Source: the human T2T-CHM13v2.0 reference genome, Homo sapiens. From it: a stretch of 64,000 nucleotides of DNA. Every line of letters starts with the position of its first letter. Within the stretch, counting starts at the first letter, position 1. The position numbers were made by a program, and so were the translations under genes. The stretch lies in the NCBI RefSeq assembly GCF_009914755.1, contig NC_060933.1. The stretch is one strand, 5' to 3'. Positions 15,480 to 30,639 of this stretch are shown here, piece after piece. The notes beneath the pieces were generated by a model. It made no database searches and was not told the origin of the DNA. It saw only the letters and a list, made by a program, of their open reading frames with translations.

Positions 15480-18068
15480 TAAAGCCCTCAACCCATGATG
15501 CCCACAAAAACCAGGAAGAAATTTTGAAACAGCCACTTTTCTGCATCTAAGGCCACATAAGATTCCTAGGCATGGTGTCCCCACACTGCACTCCATAAGT
15601 AGAAAGGAAGCCGCATGAGGATTTGTGTTCCTCCTGCCCACGGAGTGTGAGCATGTGTGGAAGAGGGTTAGGACCACAAGCTTCATAAGCACAGGAAGAA
15701 GAAAAGCACAGAAACACACCCACGCAAATACACACATACATACATATATAAACATAGATATATACACACATACACATAAGGTGGAATTATGGGTGATTTC
15801 ATTTTTATATTTTTCCATATTTAAAATTTTTTCTTAATGAACACGTCTTCCTGTTAATAATTACTCTTCTAATCTTAGATGAAATAATATGTTAATATAA
15901 TCCTATCTTGGAATATATCGGGAGGTCCAGTATATTGGCTTTGAGGAAGTGCCAAAGAGGTGGAAGGCTGAGTCCTTGGGATCTTCCTTTTTTCTACACG
16001 GCTCGGGAGACTGGTAGCAAACTCCGCTACAGAGTTGGGAGTGTATCATTTGTACCAAGTGTTAATTTGAAGTGTGAAAGGAAAAGATTATAATTACCTG
16101 TCCTTTTAAACTTATGTTTTCTTTAATAATCTCATGGTTACTAAGAAATACACTCAGCAGTGAGATGGGATGGATAAGCTAAGGTGTATATGACAGGAAA
16201 CGATGTCCAGGCAGCAAAATTAGTCGTGCAGTTGTATGCTCACAGGCATCGATGGATGTCTAAGCTGAGTAAGTCCTTGATACAATAGGTCAGTTTAGTG
16301 ATGAACCCTCTGGGTTTCACCTTGACACTACCACATGCTAATTTTGTGACCATGAGCAAAATGCATCACCTTTTGACTGCAGTTTCTTCACCTGCAAAGG
16401 TAAGAGACTTGTACCTGCTCAGTGAACCCCATGAGTTTGTTACAAAGACCAAAAGAGATGATCCATATATACATGCTTAGGAAGTAGTTCAAATGCATGG
16501 CTTTATGGGAATACCTCTCAATTTTTCAAGCACCTCTCTGATATTAACATAGATTATGATAAACAGCCCACATCCAATTTAAATGCTGGGGCTGTTAAGC
16601 TCTATGGAGTGCTTGAGGCAGAGGTGTAGGTATTTGGGGATCTCCACCTTATCTTGGGGCACCCTGCCCTGGCATGGCACCAGAGACCTGGCTACAGGCC
16701 CCTAGCTTACAGCCTGGTTCCCCCAGGGCTGAGTGCAATACCTAGGAGGAATGTTTAGGAATGCCTGCCACAGCTGCCCACCATCTCTTATTAACATTTC
16801 ATGCCTAGCGTGTAAAACTCAAATTGAATTTTCCAGGGTGGAGTCAAGGAATTAAAGGAATGAGGAGCAGCAGATAGACAGATAAGCACATCTCATGCTT
16901 CCATCCATTATTTATTTATTGGGTGCACACCATTTTCTAGTAAATATTATCTCGTTTACTAGATGTTATCTCATTTACTAATACTCAGAGAAACACAAGT
17001 GAAGGTCTATGTGATTGTAGCCATTTACAAGCTCCATGAATGTGACCTAGGTCACAGAGCTCATCAATAGCAGAGCAAGAATTCACACCCAACTGTGTAA
17101 ATTCCATACTGCCTTACCCTATCTATCTGACATTTGGGATTTGTATATTCGCCACAGTGGAGTAGCACAACATTAAGTAGTAGATTTTCTACTCTATTCT
17201 TTATATCAACTACAGGTGGCCAGAGGGCAGAGGACAAAGGAGGCAAAAAGAAATGGGAATGTTAATATTTAGTGGTCTTATTCGTTCCCCCCAAGCAGAG
17301 TAAATTTATGCTTGACTATGCAAAGTGCTTAACTATGCAAAACATCATGGAAGTGAGTGACATTAATATCAATTACTTCCCAGGGATTAATGCTTTCTGT
17401 TGGTTTTCTCTGCAACTATCCACATTTTGTTTCCCCACAATGTCATAAAACAGTGTTAACTTAAGAATGCATGCATACCATTTCACAAAAGTAAGCAAAC
17501 ATTACCTGTACTCCTTATATAAGTTGGTCCCTCTCTGGGTATACCCCCTTGCTTTGTGTACCCCTGCCTGGTCTCCCGAAGTGACAGCTCTAATGCAATA
17601 ATACATGATTCTGTCTTGGGCTCCTTTTGCCCCACTGCAAGCATCACCTACATTTATGTAACTCGAGGAGCCCACAGAAGTGTTTTTTTTCTAGGTGATG
17701 TCTTTTTTTTTATATGTATATATCTAAATAGAAGAATGGCTAACTTAAATTTTAAATTTATCTCAACAGATAACCTGTTTGATGTCTTGACAGGCACCCT
17801 ACTATGAATATATTATATGTCATCATGGGGAAAAAAAAAAAGGTTGGGGTTTGAAGCCAGAGCAACTTGGACTTTGAAGTCTGGGTTGTAGTCATCACTT
17901 GTGACCAGGCCATTGTTCTCTCAGACAAGGATGTGTCTCTCCTTGCCTCCTGTTTCACCTTCACTTACCTAACCTCCACACTGCAGCCAGAGTGATTTGT
18001 CTAAATCATCCCTCTGTGTAACAGGCTTTAAAGTATTCCCCTTTTGTATATTCCAAGTTTTCTGGATT

Positions 18069-18475
18069 TGTCACCGGTGAGCAGTGACTATCTGGGCTGG
18101 TGGCATGGGGGTAAAAGAATTTACCAAGACAGCTGTAGATGAAGAAAGGCAGATTTATTAAAGAAAATATGAAAATAAGTTGCGAGTTTGCAACAGGCAG
18201 CTGGTAAGAGAGGAGCCGACTGCAAGAAAACAAAGGCTTGCTGGGGATTTTATAAAATGGTGTTCATGCTGTATGCTGAGGAGGGCTTTGTGCAGTGCTG
18301 ATAACGCCAAGGTTGCAGTGAGCTAACTTGCAGGTGTCTGGTGATAAGTTAGGTGCAGGAGGGCTATATGTGCTGGACCATGGAGAGAGGTGGACTTATA
18401 GCTGATCTGCTTTCTTCTTTTTTCTTTCCCCTGGTCCCACCAGCCTGACTTCCTTTCCCTAATTAGGACTCCACA
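18069..18475 (-). mobile_element. ERV solo LTR (ERVL-class, tentatively LTR47-like)
   Basis: TG...CA termini. Minus-strand TATA and AATAAA. 5-bp near-TSD ggatt (18064-18068) / gtatt (18476-18480). Confidence 0.8.
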
Positions 18476-18922
18476 GTATTGACCATGCATTTCTTTTACA
18501 TTTATAAAAAGGCTAAGCATGAGAATGGATAAGCAAAATGTGAGGGTACACCTTACAGCAGTTAAGATGAATGAAGTACGTCTTTATATGCAGTAGTGAA
18601 GGTACATCTCCAAATCATTGCAAGGACTGAGAAGAGCATGTTGCAGGTGGGTTACTAATATTCAATATATGTTCAGTTTTGGGCATACAAAAGAGTAAAA
18701 TAAGACTCCAGGTTTAAAAGGTCCAGTAGATAGTATTCCCTTTACTTGCCAGAGTTCAAAACCATTTCACTCCGGGGTCCTCTGGTCTAACTCTCTGTGT
18801 ACTCTCTTAAAGGGCCCTTAATGTGGATTGAGGTGAAAAAAGGGCATCCCCTCCTATGATGGGATGAGGATGAGGAAAAGCAGAGCACCCCAGAAAATTC
18901 TTTCTTTTAAAAGAGAAAGCCA

Positions 18923-19342
<420 letters not shown>

Positions 19343-22300
19343 TCATAAAGCTTTTAGATGGGTGATGGGGTTATGTTGACCACTCATCCTCATGTCTACC
19401 ACAGGATTTCTGTGCTTCAGAATATCCAGTATTTGATAGGTACTGCTTTGTAAGTGGTCTTTAGGGTTTTTTTTGGCACAAACTCCCAGGTGGTAGGAGA
19501 TGTGAACATGGTTTTACACTTCATTAAGCCCCCAGGTAGGCAATGATCAGGCCCCACTATCATTCATCCAGAGCATGGGTCTCTGGTGCTTAGCCCTGCA
19601 CTGGGCACTAAGACATTCACAAAGCCAGGCTTCCGGCTTTGGGGTTTTCATCAATGGTTTAAATTACCTTCCTAGTCAGCTCTCTGCAACTGTCCCTTAT
19701 GAAAAAGCTAAGCCTCAGTCACAGGGTGACTCACCAGGATTACACCACGTATTTCCCCACTTTGAGGCCTTTGCTACCTATGTCCCTCTGCTTGTGGTGA
19801 CCTTTCTTCCACCAATGAACACATACTCACCCCGAAGGCCAGAACGCCTTTGCTGATTCCCATTGCACCTCTCCCATCTTGACCATCAAATCCTTCCTCT
19901 GTGCACTGCTAACCCTTCTCCAAGGCTGCCAGGTATTGGATGTTGCTGGGCGCATGTCTGACTCTCCCAGTAGACTGGGAGTTCAGTGAGGGCAGAGGCC
20001 TTGGCTTTTTTCATTTACGTATTTTCTGAGATGCAGTGACTATCACATGTTGGAAGGGATGACACTTGAGTCCGCCATTGTGCCATGAGCATACTTGGCT
20101 CTTGGTACCTATAATTGCCGTTCCCCTGCTCCTTCTTGGGGTCCTCTCTTATCAAAGAGAGCTCAATTCATTTCTGGATCCTAGAGGGTTCTCAGGAAGA
20201 GTGACTATGTAGATGTGGTGGAAAGAGAACCAGCTAAAGAGGCCTGGGTTTGCCTCTCTCCTCTCTCAGCTTCCTGGGCATGAGCAAGCCACTTTTCCCT
20301 CTCTGGGCCTCAGTCTCTGCCTCTCAGTGGGGACTGCCACTCCCAGCTCTGAACATGTAAGAATCAGTTGCTGTTTACTGTGCTTCTTTCAAGTCAACCT
20401 CCCCTGTCTTTCTGTCTCTGTCTCTCTCTTTCCCCTCTGTCCTTCCTCTTAGGTGCATCATAAACCAAGAGTTTACAGTAAAAGCACAGGAAGAGCTGAG
20501 TGATGTGTTCTCTTCAGGAAAGTACCTGGTCCCCCAGGGAGCTGGGGGCGCCTCCAGAGCCCCTGCCTCCCGAGCTGTGGCTCCTGAGGACTTTCAGTGT
20601 AGACCTGGCAACCCAACCTTAGCCTTTGATGTGGCTCTGACAGTGCTCAATGCACAAGCAGCTCAAATTCAGAACTGTGGAAAGGCTTGTTGCTTTCTGT
20701 CACTGACCCTGGAGACTGATCAGAGGTTAGGGTGATGGGGGGACAGCCTGGGGGTCTCTCAGGGGAGTGGCACAGAGCATGAATCTTGATAATCACACAC
20801 ACATGATCCCCAGACTTCAGGTAGGACCAGCTTCTTCTTTCACTCAATCTCTCCTAAAGAGGAAACCAGACCTGCCCTTGTAATCTTTGTGCATCCTGAG
20901 AAGCCATGCGATGCCCAGAGGAAGTCCCTGAAGGGCCATCATATTGAACAATCAGCCCTTGAATCTTCAAGGGTGTCTGTGTTCTTATAAAAAACTGAGA
21001 AATCCTAAATTTGTTTGTTCACATCTTGTTTTTCTTGGTAGAAATGATGGAGGATTCTGAAGATGTGGTTTCAACTCATGGCTTTCATTCATTCATTCAT
21101 TCATTTTCTTGGCAAACATTGGAGGACCTATGTTATGCAAGGCACTGTGCTGGGCATCAGGAATACAAAGGCTTTATATAGGTAGGTTGGTAGATAGACA
21201 GGGATAGATAGATAGATCAGTGGAGACGGAGATATGGATCTAGTTTTAGATCTATATCTATATCTTGCAAGGCTTAGAGTCTGGTAGTAGATGTAGGCAT
21301 CATACGAATAGTGACACAAATAACTGTGGTAACTTGCCAGAGGGAAAATGATGGTGAGCCATGAACCTATAAAATGAAGGAATCCTGATTTATCCTGGGA
21401 ATTAGGCAAGGTTTCCTGCATAGGGCCATTTGAGCTGAGTATCAATGGAAGGAGACCCCCAAACCTCCTGCTACCAACACTCATCAAACTAATTGTAATG
21501 TGGGTCCTGGAATTAGGCTGCTTGAGTTTCAGTGTCTCTACTAAAAAGTAAATAATTTTACAAAGTCATTGAGGACTTAGTCTCCCTCCTTTTACAAAGT
21601 CATCCAACCCCAACCCTAGAGTATATCCTTCAGCCTCAGGTCATAAGATGGGTGCTGCTCCTCCAGCCATCACAATTATTTTCCGGTGCAAAGAAGGGCA
21701 GGACCAAAAGCCAGAGGGGACATTTCGTTTCAGAGAAGTTAACCATGACCTCTACTCATTGAATATTACCTACAACTCACCGGGCAGAACTGGATCTTAC
21801 AACTACTTCTATTTTCAAGGATGTTGGCGTGTGCACGTGCACGTTTTGTGTGCGTGTGTGAGTGTGTGTGTGTGTGCAGGGTTGGTAGGAGGAATTTTAA
21901 ATCGAGTATTTTGCCTTTTTGAACCAAATCAGAGGAGACTGGGTGGAAACCAGCTCTGTCTGCCAAGGCTCTAGTTGACATTTATTTCCTTCATTTCCTT
22001 TTCATCACCTTTATCTTTTTCCTGCTCTTGGCAACACCGACTGAAATTACTTTTGGGAAATGAACGTGCTCCCAGATGGAAATTCCTGATGGTTTACCTT
22101 CTCAAACCCAAAGAATGAACCTTCAGGATTTTGAATCCTAAGCAGAAGAGACAAAGCTAGCAAAACAGTGGGAGTACATTCATTTCAAGGAATGGTCAGA
22201 ATTATGCCTTCATTTTCTGCTTCTTAGAACCCTGGAACTGCTTGATTCCTGTTCTTTTCAGACGCAGACTCTGTGTTTTTTGTTTGTTTGTTTGTTTTTT

Positions 22301-22834
22301 TGTTTTTGTTTTTTTGGTTTTTTTTTTTTTGAGCTTTCTTTCAGATCCAAGGAGCTGAAGCCTCTGCTCCCTCTTCCTAGATGCCTCCAGTCAGAAGTAT
22401 CTTCTTTACCCCTGAGCACCCAGCTCTTCACTCAAAGCTCAACCTGGTGCTCAGGTCGGTTGGCTTTTCCCTTTTCCGTGGTCGCCTATGAGTCTGTCCC
22501 CCCGTCCCACCCCCATCTAGTAGACTGTAAGATCCTTGAAAGCAGAGGCTGGGTCTAATTCATTTTAAAGTCTCTAGCAACTAGTATGGTGATTAGCACA
22601 TGTGGTTTCTAAATACATGTTTATTGTTGTTGGTTTTGGCAGGCCCAGCAGGGTGCTGGCACTATTATAAGACAGAAAAGCAGAAGCGGGTCTTGGCCGT
22701 GGAGGGGCTCCTGACCATGTCTCTAGACCTCTTAGAATCCTACTAGCTGATGGAGTTAGTGACTTCTTATTTTTCAGGAAGTTTTGACTCCTGGAGCCAC
22801 CTTTCCCTCTATATTACAACAAATGCTGCTGCTG

Positions 22835-23230
22835 CGTTCTTCTTCTTCTTCTTCCTCCTCCTCCTCCTCCCCCCTTCCTCCTCTTCTCCTCTCCTCTTCT
22901 TCCTCTGCCTCTTCTTTTTTATTTTCTCTCTTTTTTTTTTTTTTGAGATGGAGTTTCACTCTTGTTGCCCAGGCTGGAGTGCAATGATGTGATCTCGGCT
23001 CACTGCGACTTCCATCCGCCTCCCAGGTTCAAGTGATTCTCCTGCCTCAGCCTCCTGAGTAGCTGGGATTACAGGGATGTGCCACTATGCCCAGCTAATT
23101 TTGTATTTTTAGTAGAGATGGGGTTTCTCCATGTTGGTCAGCCTGGTCTCAAACTCCCGACCTCAGGTGATCGGCCCGCCTCGGCCTCCCAAAATGCTGG
23201 AATTACAGGCGTGAGCCACTGCGCCTGGCC
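22835..23230 (-). mobile_element. Alu (AluSq/Sp-like) with adjoining (TTC)n/(CTC)n pyrimidine tract
   Basis: Antisense Alu 22931-23230. Low-complexity tract about 22835-22930. Confidence 0.93.
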
Positions 23231-25779
23231 TTTTTCTTTTCATTATCCTCTTTCTACCCCCTCCTCTTCCTTTGCTGTTATAATCTTCATCATCACCACT
23301 GTTAACCCATACCAAATACCGTGCTTACTATGTGTCAGGAATGTTCAAAGGATTACTGAAGAGGGTAAGCCCCTTGCCCAAGATTACAGCTAATTTATGG
23401 CAGGGTTTGGACTCAAACTCTAGTAAGTTTGGCTCAAAATCTGTGTTCTTGACCCCCCACCCCCTTAGTCACAGGTACTGACAGGGAACTCTGGGGAGGA
23501 TGGAGAACCTCTCTGGCCATGTCCACCTCTGCTTGAACTCCTTCCATGGTCTGCAGTGCCCACTGTGGTGTGCACAACTGCTGGCCTGATGGCTCCTGCT
23601 TTCCTCCATATGCAGCGAGCTGCCTTTCATGCCGTTTGTTTTCTGTTCAACTTCACATGCCCCAGGTTCTAACAGAATCAACCTGCTGGTCACACCAGCA
23701 TGCTCTGTGCTTGCCTGGCCGGATGCCTTTACAACGCATTCTGTCCACCTGAAACTCTCTTCCCCAACCCGCCTGGGGAAATTGTACCCTTCATTTAAGA
23801 CCTATGTCAATGACGGAGGTACATGAAATCCTCCCGGATTCAGGCCCACCTCCCCATTTTCAAACCTTAGCTCTCTCTTCTCTAAAGCTCCATGGCACTT
23901 CTGATTTTCTTTTTGTGGTCTCAGGAAGCCATGCAGGGAAGGGACTAAGGCTTTACAGACCCATGCACTCTGCTAAAATCCCTCTTCAACCCCTTGCTAG
24001 CTTTGTGAATGTTGGCAAGTTACTTAGCCTTTCTAAGTCTCTTACGAGCTGTGAAAAGGACATACTTTGGGAATATGAGATGATTCTAATAGGATGGCTC
24101 ATACCTCTGCCCTGACCCTGACACTGTTTTTCTTACATCTGCCACCCACCATTTTTCTGAGGCAAAGATGCTAGGCAGCCCACAGGCCTGACTTTCTATC
24201 CTGTATCTGCCAGGGAACAGATCATCTTCAGTGATAAGAACATTGGAAAATGACACCCTTGGCTGTATCGCTTCTGTCTCATCTGCTAGGGTGCTTATTG
24301 CCCTGACAGCAATTTCCTATGTCCCATTCCCTCTGTAGCTGGTGGGCAGCACCCTAGATATGAATATCTGCTCCATTGAGGATAGGAATTCTATTTCAAT
24401 GGCTTTGCTACTGGTTTTTTTATTGGTAGGTCCACAAACCTTGCGTGGAGTGGGAGGGATGAATGTATGTGTGGAAGAAAAACAACCTAGTCCTAGTTAC
24501 GGAATTGGCTTTAACTCACTGTGAGATCCCATCAAGTCTCTGCCCCTCTGTAGCCTCAGTTTCTCATCTATATAATGGGTTGCTGTGACTCAATCCGTAA
24601 GCAGCTTCCACCTGGATCAACTTATTAGGGTCTATGAGTTTGTTTCAGGGGAGTCAGCTTGGCTTCTGATGCCCTGTGGTGTTGGAGGAGGGGTGGTTGT
24701 TGGTGGCAGGTCAGCCTGAACTATACGAGTCTGCAATGTGTGTGTGGGTAGTGGTAGAGGAGAATTGGACTGATGCAGGTTTCTGACAAGGGGATATGTG
24801 ATGGCTATCTTGAGACAGTCACTGAGAATTCATTACTACTTGGAATTCTTGAAGACATTGCGGGCAGCCTCTGTACATTTTCTTAAAGGCATGTAATTAG
24901 CGTTCACTGAGTATCTGTTGTATACTCATATGGTTGTTAGGAGCTTTACGTTTGTATTTATATTTTTCACATGGATAGTTGGTTTACTCACATACTTTAT
25001 GTCAGGGCACAGCATCATCATTGGTACAAATAACATCTCTTGATTTATTTTTATTTTATTAATATTATTTTCTTCCCCATACCCTTGATCACCTTTCCTA
25101 CCCTCTTCGAGCCCATCCTAAGGATATGCATATTTTTTAAAATGTGCAGTGTTTATGGTGGATGTATCATGTCTTAATGTACATATATGATGGTGTGATA
25201 TAGATCTTATTCAGTTTCTTATTCCTTCACTTAACATTTTAAGACTCTGTCCACATCAATGGATACACTTTTATCTGACATTTCTAACTGGTACATAATA
25301 TCTCTCAGTGTGCAGCCACTACCTTGCATGCTTTCCTTCTCCTGGGAATGGTGTGTACATTGCCTCCAGCTCCCAGTGATCAGAAGCAGAGATGCAGAAC
25401 TGCTCTGTGTATGTCCTACATGAACTTCTTCCTTCCTCCTACTCTTCTTTAAAGACAGCCACTTGCTACTAACAGAGATAGTTTCAGGTGCTACATAGTG
25501 TGGCTATTAGTAACATGGAAATATATTCTATTTGCACTGTGGAGATCCTATCAGTTCTATATTAGTAAGTTATGACTACCTCTCTTTGCTTGCTAAAGTT
25601 CCCTTTTTTAATAGATCAGAAACAGGCCTCAGGCTAAATTATTTTCAGGCAGCACACTTTAGCTGAAATTTAATCATGTTGGAAATCTAATTAAAATGTA
25701 ATTTAACAAATGTATTTATTTAAATGGTTTCTTTTATTTTAATAAGCAAAGCTGATTTTTTATTTAAAGAAGTGACACT

Positions 25780-25945
25780 TCATATTCAATAGAATCTAAA
25801 ATGCCACTGATTATAAAAATCACTATTATATATTCCATTAGGAAAGAAGAATTATTCTATTAATTAAACCATCATATACCATTGCTTGTAAGAAGCATGC
25901 TGTTTTCAGAGAGGTTAAAATGTGTATAAATGTACATCTGTTTCT
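25780..25945. mobile_element. TcMar-Tc2 relic (MER104/Kanga-like)
   Basis: Reverse complement cagatgtacatttatacacattttaacctctctgaaaacagcatgcttcttacaagcaatgg resembles recalled MER104. Confidence 0.55.
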
Positions 25946-26600
25946 GTTTTCTTTGACAAAAAAGGTTATTTAAGTAAAAAGAAAAAGATTGGCTTAATAC
26001 AAAATAGTAATAAATGACACTTTGGGCATTAATTGAATTTGGCAGGAATGATGACACTGGCAGAGGAATGTCTGGAGTCTGAGAAAGGACATTATGTCCT
26101 GGGGATGATCATCTCATCAGCCACGTAAGGGAGGTATTGTTATTTCTGTTTAACAGGCAAGAAAAACCTGGGGCAGAGAGAAGTGGCCTTCTCAAGGCCA
26201 CAAGGTTAACAGGAAATTTAAACTCAGGCAGGGAGGTCAGAAGGCCCACTTCTAGGTACCAAAGTCCGTAAGCCTTGTGACCCGATTCCAGCGTGGCCTG
26301 TCTCCTGCACCTTCTCTCTGAGAGGCGCTGACAAGTGCTCAAAGCCTGGCCCGTTTCCCTTTAATCCCGAGCCCTTCAAAGCACCTGAACCCTCCCATGT
26401 TGGCAACCTCTTATCACTCCCACTCAAGTGTGACTTAGTGTGTTTGTGTTCGGGTACCTTTCTCACAGTGGCTATATTATTATCAAATGGGGAAGTCAAA
26501 GGATGATGAATGGACGTTTCTCCACTGTGGACTGCACTAAGGGATTGCGACAGAGAATAGTAATAGTTGTAGTGATTTCTTTGTTAGTTACAATCTCTTC

Positions 26601-26910
26601 CTTTTTTTTCTTCTTTTTTTTTTTTCAAGAGGTTCCTTCTGTCACCCAGGCTAGAGCACAGTGGCACAATCTCAGTTCACTGCAACCTCTGACTTCCGGG
26701 CTCAAGTGAGTCTTGTGCCACAGCCTCCTGAGTAGCTGGGATTGCAGGCATGTGCCACCACACCTGGCTAATTTTTGTATTTCTAATAGAGACAGGGTTT
26801 TGCCATGTTGGCCAGGCCGGTCTTGAGCTCCTGCTCCTGGCCTCAAGTGATCCACCTGCCTCAGCCTCCCAAAGCACTGGAACTACAGGTGCGAGCCACT
26901 GTACACAGCC
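26601..26910 (-). mobile_element. Alu
   Basis: Antisense dimer with T-rich tail. Small ctcctg duplication in the left arm. Confidence 0.93.
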
Positions 26911-27094
26911 AGTTACACACTCTTTCACTTATATTTTTATTTGATCTTTATCACGTTTATGTGAGTAGGCATTATCCACATTTCACAGATGTAAAAATTG
27001 ACAATACTAACTTGCCCCAAATCACACAGTTACTAATTGGTAGAGTTGTAAGTGGAGCTATGAAGGCATTGCCTCTTGCTTTTTCAAAAATTAA

Positions 27095-27968
27095 ACATTT
27101 TATTCAGAGATAATTGTAGATTCACATGCCGTTGTAAGAAATATATCAGAGAGATCTGAGAGAGCTGGTGTAGTACTGGCTTTACCAGTTTCTCCAAGTT
27201 GTAACATCTTACAAATACAGTACAATAGCATAACCAGGTACTGGTATTGATGCAACCAAGATACAGAACATTTTAATAGATCTATTATCTGATGTTGCCC
27301 TTTTATTGCCACCTGGCCTCTCTCTCCTGAACCCCTCCCACCCTGACTCCTGGCAACGATGAATCTATTCTTCATTTCTAGCATTTTGTCATTTCAAATG
27401 TGTTACATAAATGGAATCATACAGTATGTAACCTTTTGAGATTGGCCTTTTCTCACTCAGCTTAATTCTCTGGAGATTGATGCAAGGTTCGCCCCTTTTT
27501 CTTGCTAAGTACTATTCCCTGGTATGAATAAATCACAGTTTGTTTATCCAGCTACCTGTTGAAGGACTTCTGGTTTGTTTCTAGTTTTTGGCTATCATGA
27601 ATAAAGCTGCTGTGAACAATCATGGACAGGTTTTTGTGTGAATATAACTTTTCATTTCTCTGGGATGAATGCCTAAGGGTACAATTACTGGGTTGTATGG
27701 CAGTCCATATTTTGTTTTATAAGAAACTTCCAGACTGTTTCCAGAATGGCCATACTATTTTACACCTCCACCAGCAGTCATGAGTGACACAGTTCCTCTG
27801 CAACCTCACCAACATTTGTTTCCTTTCACTACTTTTTATGTTAGCCATTTTGATAGGTGTGTTGCTAGACCTCACTGTGGTTTGAATTTACATTTCCCTG
27901 ATGGCTAATGATGTTGAGCATCTTTTCATGTGCTGAGTTGTCATCTATTTATCTTCTCTGGTGAAATA
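27095..27968 (-). mobile_element. L1MB/L1MC 3' end, antisense
   Basis: ttttattcagagataattgtagattcacatgc...aaatggaatcatacagtatgtaacc...gctaatgatgttgagcatcttttcatgtg. Confidence 0.85.
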
Positions 27969-29140
27969 TAGTCATGCACCGCCTAACGATGTTTCCATCA
28001 ATGACGGACCACATACATGATGGTCCCACAAGATTACAATGGAGCTGAAAAATTTCTTTTCCCTAGTGATATCTTAGCCATTGTAACCTTGCAGCAGAAT
28101 GCATTACTTATGTGTTTGTGGTGATGCTGGTATAAACAAACCCACTTCACTGCCAACTGTATAAAAATATTAGGTATATATATAACACTTGATATGCGAT
28201 AATTATAATAAACAACTGTGTTGCTGGTTGATACATTTACTAACGTTGTTATCATTATTTTAGAGTATACTCCTCTTCTCTTAAAAAACGTTAACTGTAA
28301 AACAGCCTCAGGCAGGTCCTTCAGAAGGTATTCCAGAATGAGGCATTGTTATCATAGGAGAGACAGCTTCAGGTATGTTATCGCCCCTGAAGACCTTCCA
28401 GTGGGACAAGGTGTGGAGGCGGAAGACAGTGATATTAATTATCCTGACCCTGTGTAGGCCTAACCTAATGTGCGTATTTGTATCTAGTTTTTAACAAAAA
28501 GTTTTAAAAGTAAAAAAATAAAAAAAATAGAAAAAGCTTACAGAATAAGGATATAGAGAAATCAACTATTTTTGTACAACTGTACAATGTGTTTGTTTTA
28601 CACTAAGTATTTTACAAAAGACTCAAAAAGTTTTAAAAAATTACAAAGTTTATAATGTGAAAATGTTATAGTAAGTTAAGGTTAACTTACCGAAGAAAGA
28701 AAAAATTTAAAAAATAAATTTAGCATAGCCTAAGTGTACAGTGTTTATAAAATCTGCAGTAATGTACGGTAATGTGCTAGACATTCATGTTTGCTCACCC
28801 CTCATTCACCAACAGAGCAACTCCTAGTCCTGCAAGCTCCATTCATGGTAGGCACCCTATTCAAGTGTACCATTTTTAAATCTTTTATAGTTTATTTTTA
28901 CTGTACTTTTTCTATGCTTAGATACATAAGTACTTACCGCCGTGTTACAATGATCTACAGTATTCAGCTCAGTAACATGCTATACAGGTTTGTAGCCTAG
29001 GAGCAATAGGCTATACCATATAGCCTAGGTTTGTAGTAGGCTGTATCATCTAGGTTAGTGTAAGTGAACTCTATGATGTTTGTACAACAACAAAATTGCC
29101 TAATGATGGATTTTTCAGAATTGAGTGTGATGCATGACTG
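27969..29140. mobile_element. Tigger non-autonomous DNA transposon (Tigger3b/MER7-like), apparently full length, about 1.17 kb
   Basis: TIRs tagtcatgca / tgcatgactg. TA target duplication at 27967-27968 and 29141-29142. Confidence 0.9.
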
Positions 29141-29254
29141 TACTTTTTTCCTCTGAATTCCCTTCCATTTTTCCCCAACATCCTTTTTTTAAAATGGAAA
29201 TTTTTATTGAGATAATTATAAATTCACATGCAATTATGAGAAATAATAGAGATC

Positions 29255-30110
29255 AATAATAAGAAGATGAATAACCTAATTAAAAGGTGGGCAAAGAGTT
29301 GGAATAGACATTTTTCCAAAGAAAATACACAAATGGCCAATAAGCACATGAAAAGACGCTCAACCTCATTAGCCATCAGGGAAATGCAAATTAAAACCAC
29401 AATAAGATACCACTTCACACCCATTAGGAGGTCATAATAAAAAAAGACTAATAATAACAACCGTTGATGAGAATATGGAGAAATTGGAATCCTCCTTCCA
29501 ATGATGGGTATGTAAAATGATGCAGATGTTTTGGAAAACAGTCTGATAGTTTGTCAAAAGGTTAATTGTAGAGTTAGTTACCATAGATTCAGCAATTTCA
29601 TTCCTAAGTATATACTCAAGACAACTGAAAACATATGTCCACTCAAAGACCTGTACATGAATATTCATAGTAACATTATCCATAGTAGCCAAAAATCGGA
29701 AAAACCCAAATAATGTCTGTCAAATGAGGAATAAATAAATACAATGGATAATAATTTAGTAATAAAAAAATGAAATATTGACACATGCTACAATAAATGT
29801 TCAGTAAAATAAGTCAGTTATAAAGGACCACATAATTTTATGACTCTTCTTATATGAAATTTACACAATAGGCAAATCTGCAGAGACAGAAAGTAGATTA
29901 GCAGTGGCCTATGGCTTGGGAAATGGTGGGGTCAGAAAGTAATGGTTAAGGAGTGAGGGGTTTCTTTTTGGGATAATGAAAATTCTCTACAATTGATTGG
30001 GGTGATAGACACAAAACTCTGTGAATACACTAACAGTCATTGAATTGTAGAATTTGAACGAGTGAATTGTATGGTATTTGAATCAATAAAAAAACAAACT
30101 GTTTTTAAAA
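29255..30110 (+). mobile_element. L1MB 3' portion nested in an antisense L1M 3' end (host about 29195-30360)
   Basis: ORF2 C-terminal remnant ([38 protein letters not shown]). Flanking agaaataata repeat as degenerate TSD. Confidence 0.85.
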
Positions 30111-30639
30111 ATAGAAATAATACGGAAAAAATCTGTGTACTCCTTGCCCAGTTTCCCCCAATGGTAGTATCTTGCCAAACTATAGCACAATAGGAAATTA
30201 AGACAAGGATATTGAGATTGATGCAATCCACTGGTCTCATGTAGATGTCCCCTGTTTAACTCGTTCTCTTTCCTCTGTCTCTCTCTTTCTGTGTTTACTT
30301 GTATACATTTTATCACAAATGTAGATTTGTGGATCCACCCTCACAGTCAAGATACTGAACAGAGTACTGCCTGTTTTAAAGCTCTGTTCACTGTAGGTTC
30401 TGTCTGAAGCAGCACTCCAGAGACCTTTAGTTTTTCCTCACTATTAATAATCAGACGTGAGGCAGCTCCCCCACTTGCCTCCACAGCTTCCCACCCCTCC
30501 TCATCGGGGTCAGAGGCAGAACTCACAGAGAAACATGAATTCTCACCCACACAGGAGGGATGCAAGTTTGGGATCTCAGGCACCATTCATCTAGATTCTA
30601 GAGTCACCCACACTTAGGAGGAGGAAAGTATCTTACCAA

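Noticed and set aside
22750-22992. Poly-Glu/Ser/Phe ORFs
   Set aside because: They are translations of a (TTC)/(CTC) low-complexity tract joined to an Alu tail.
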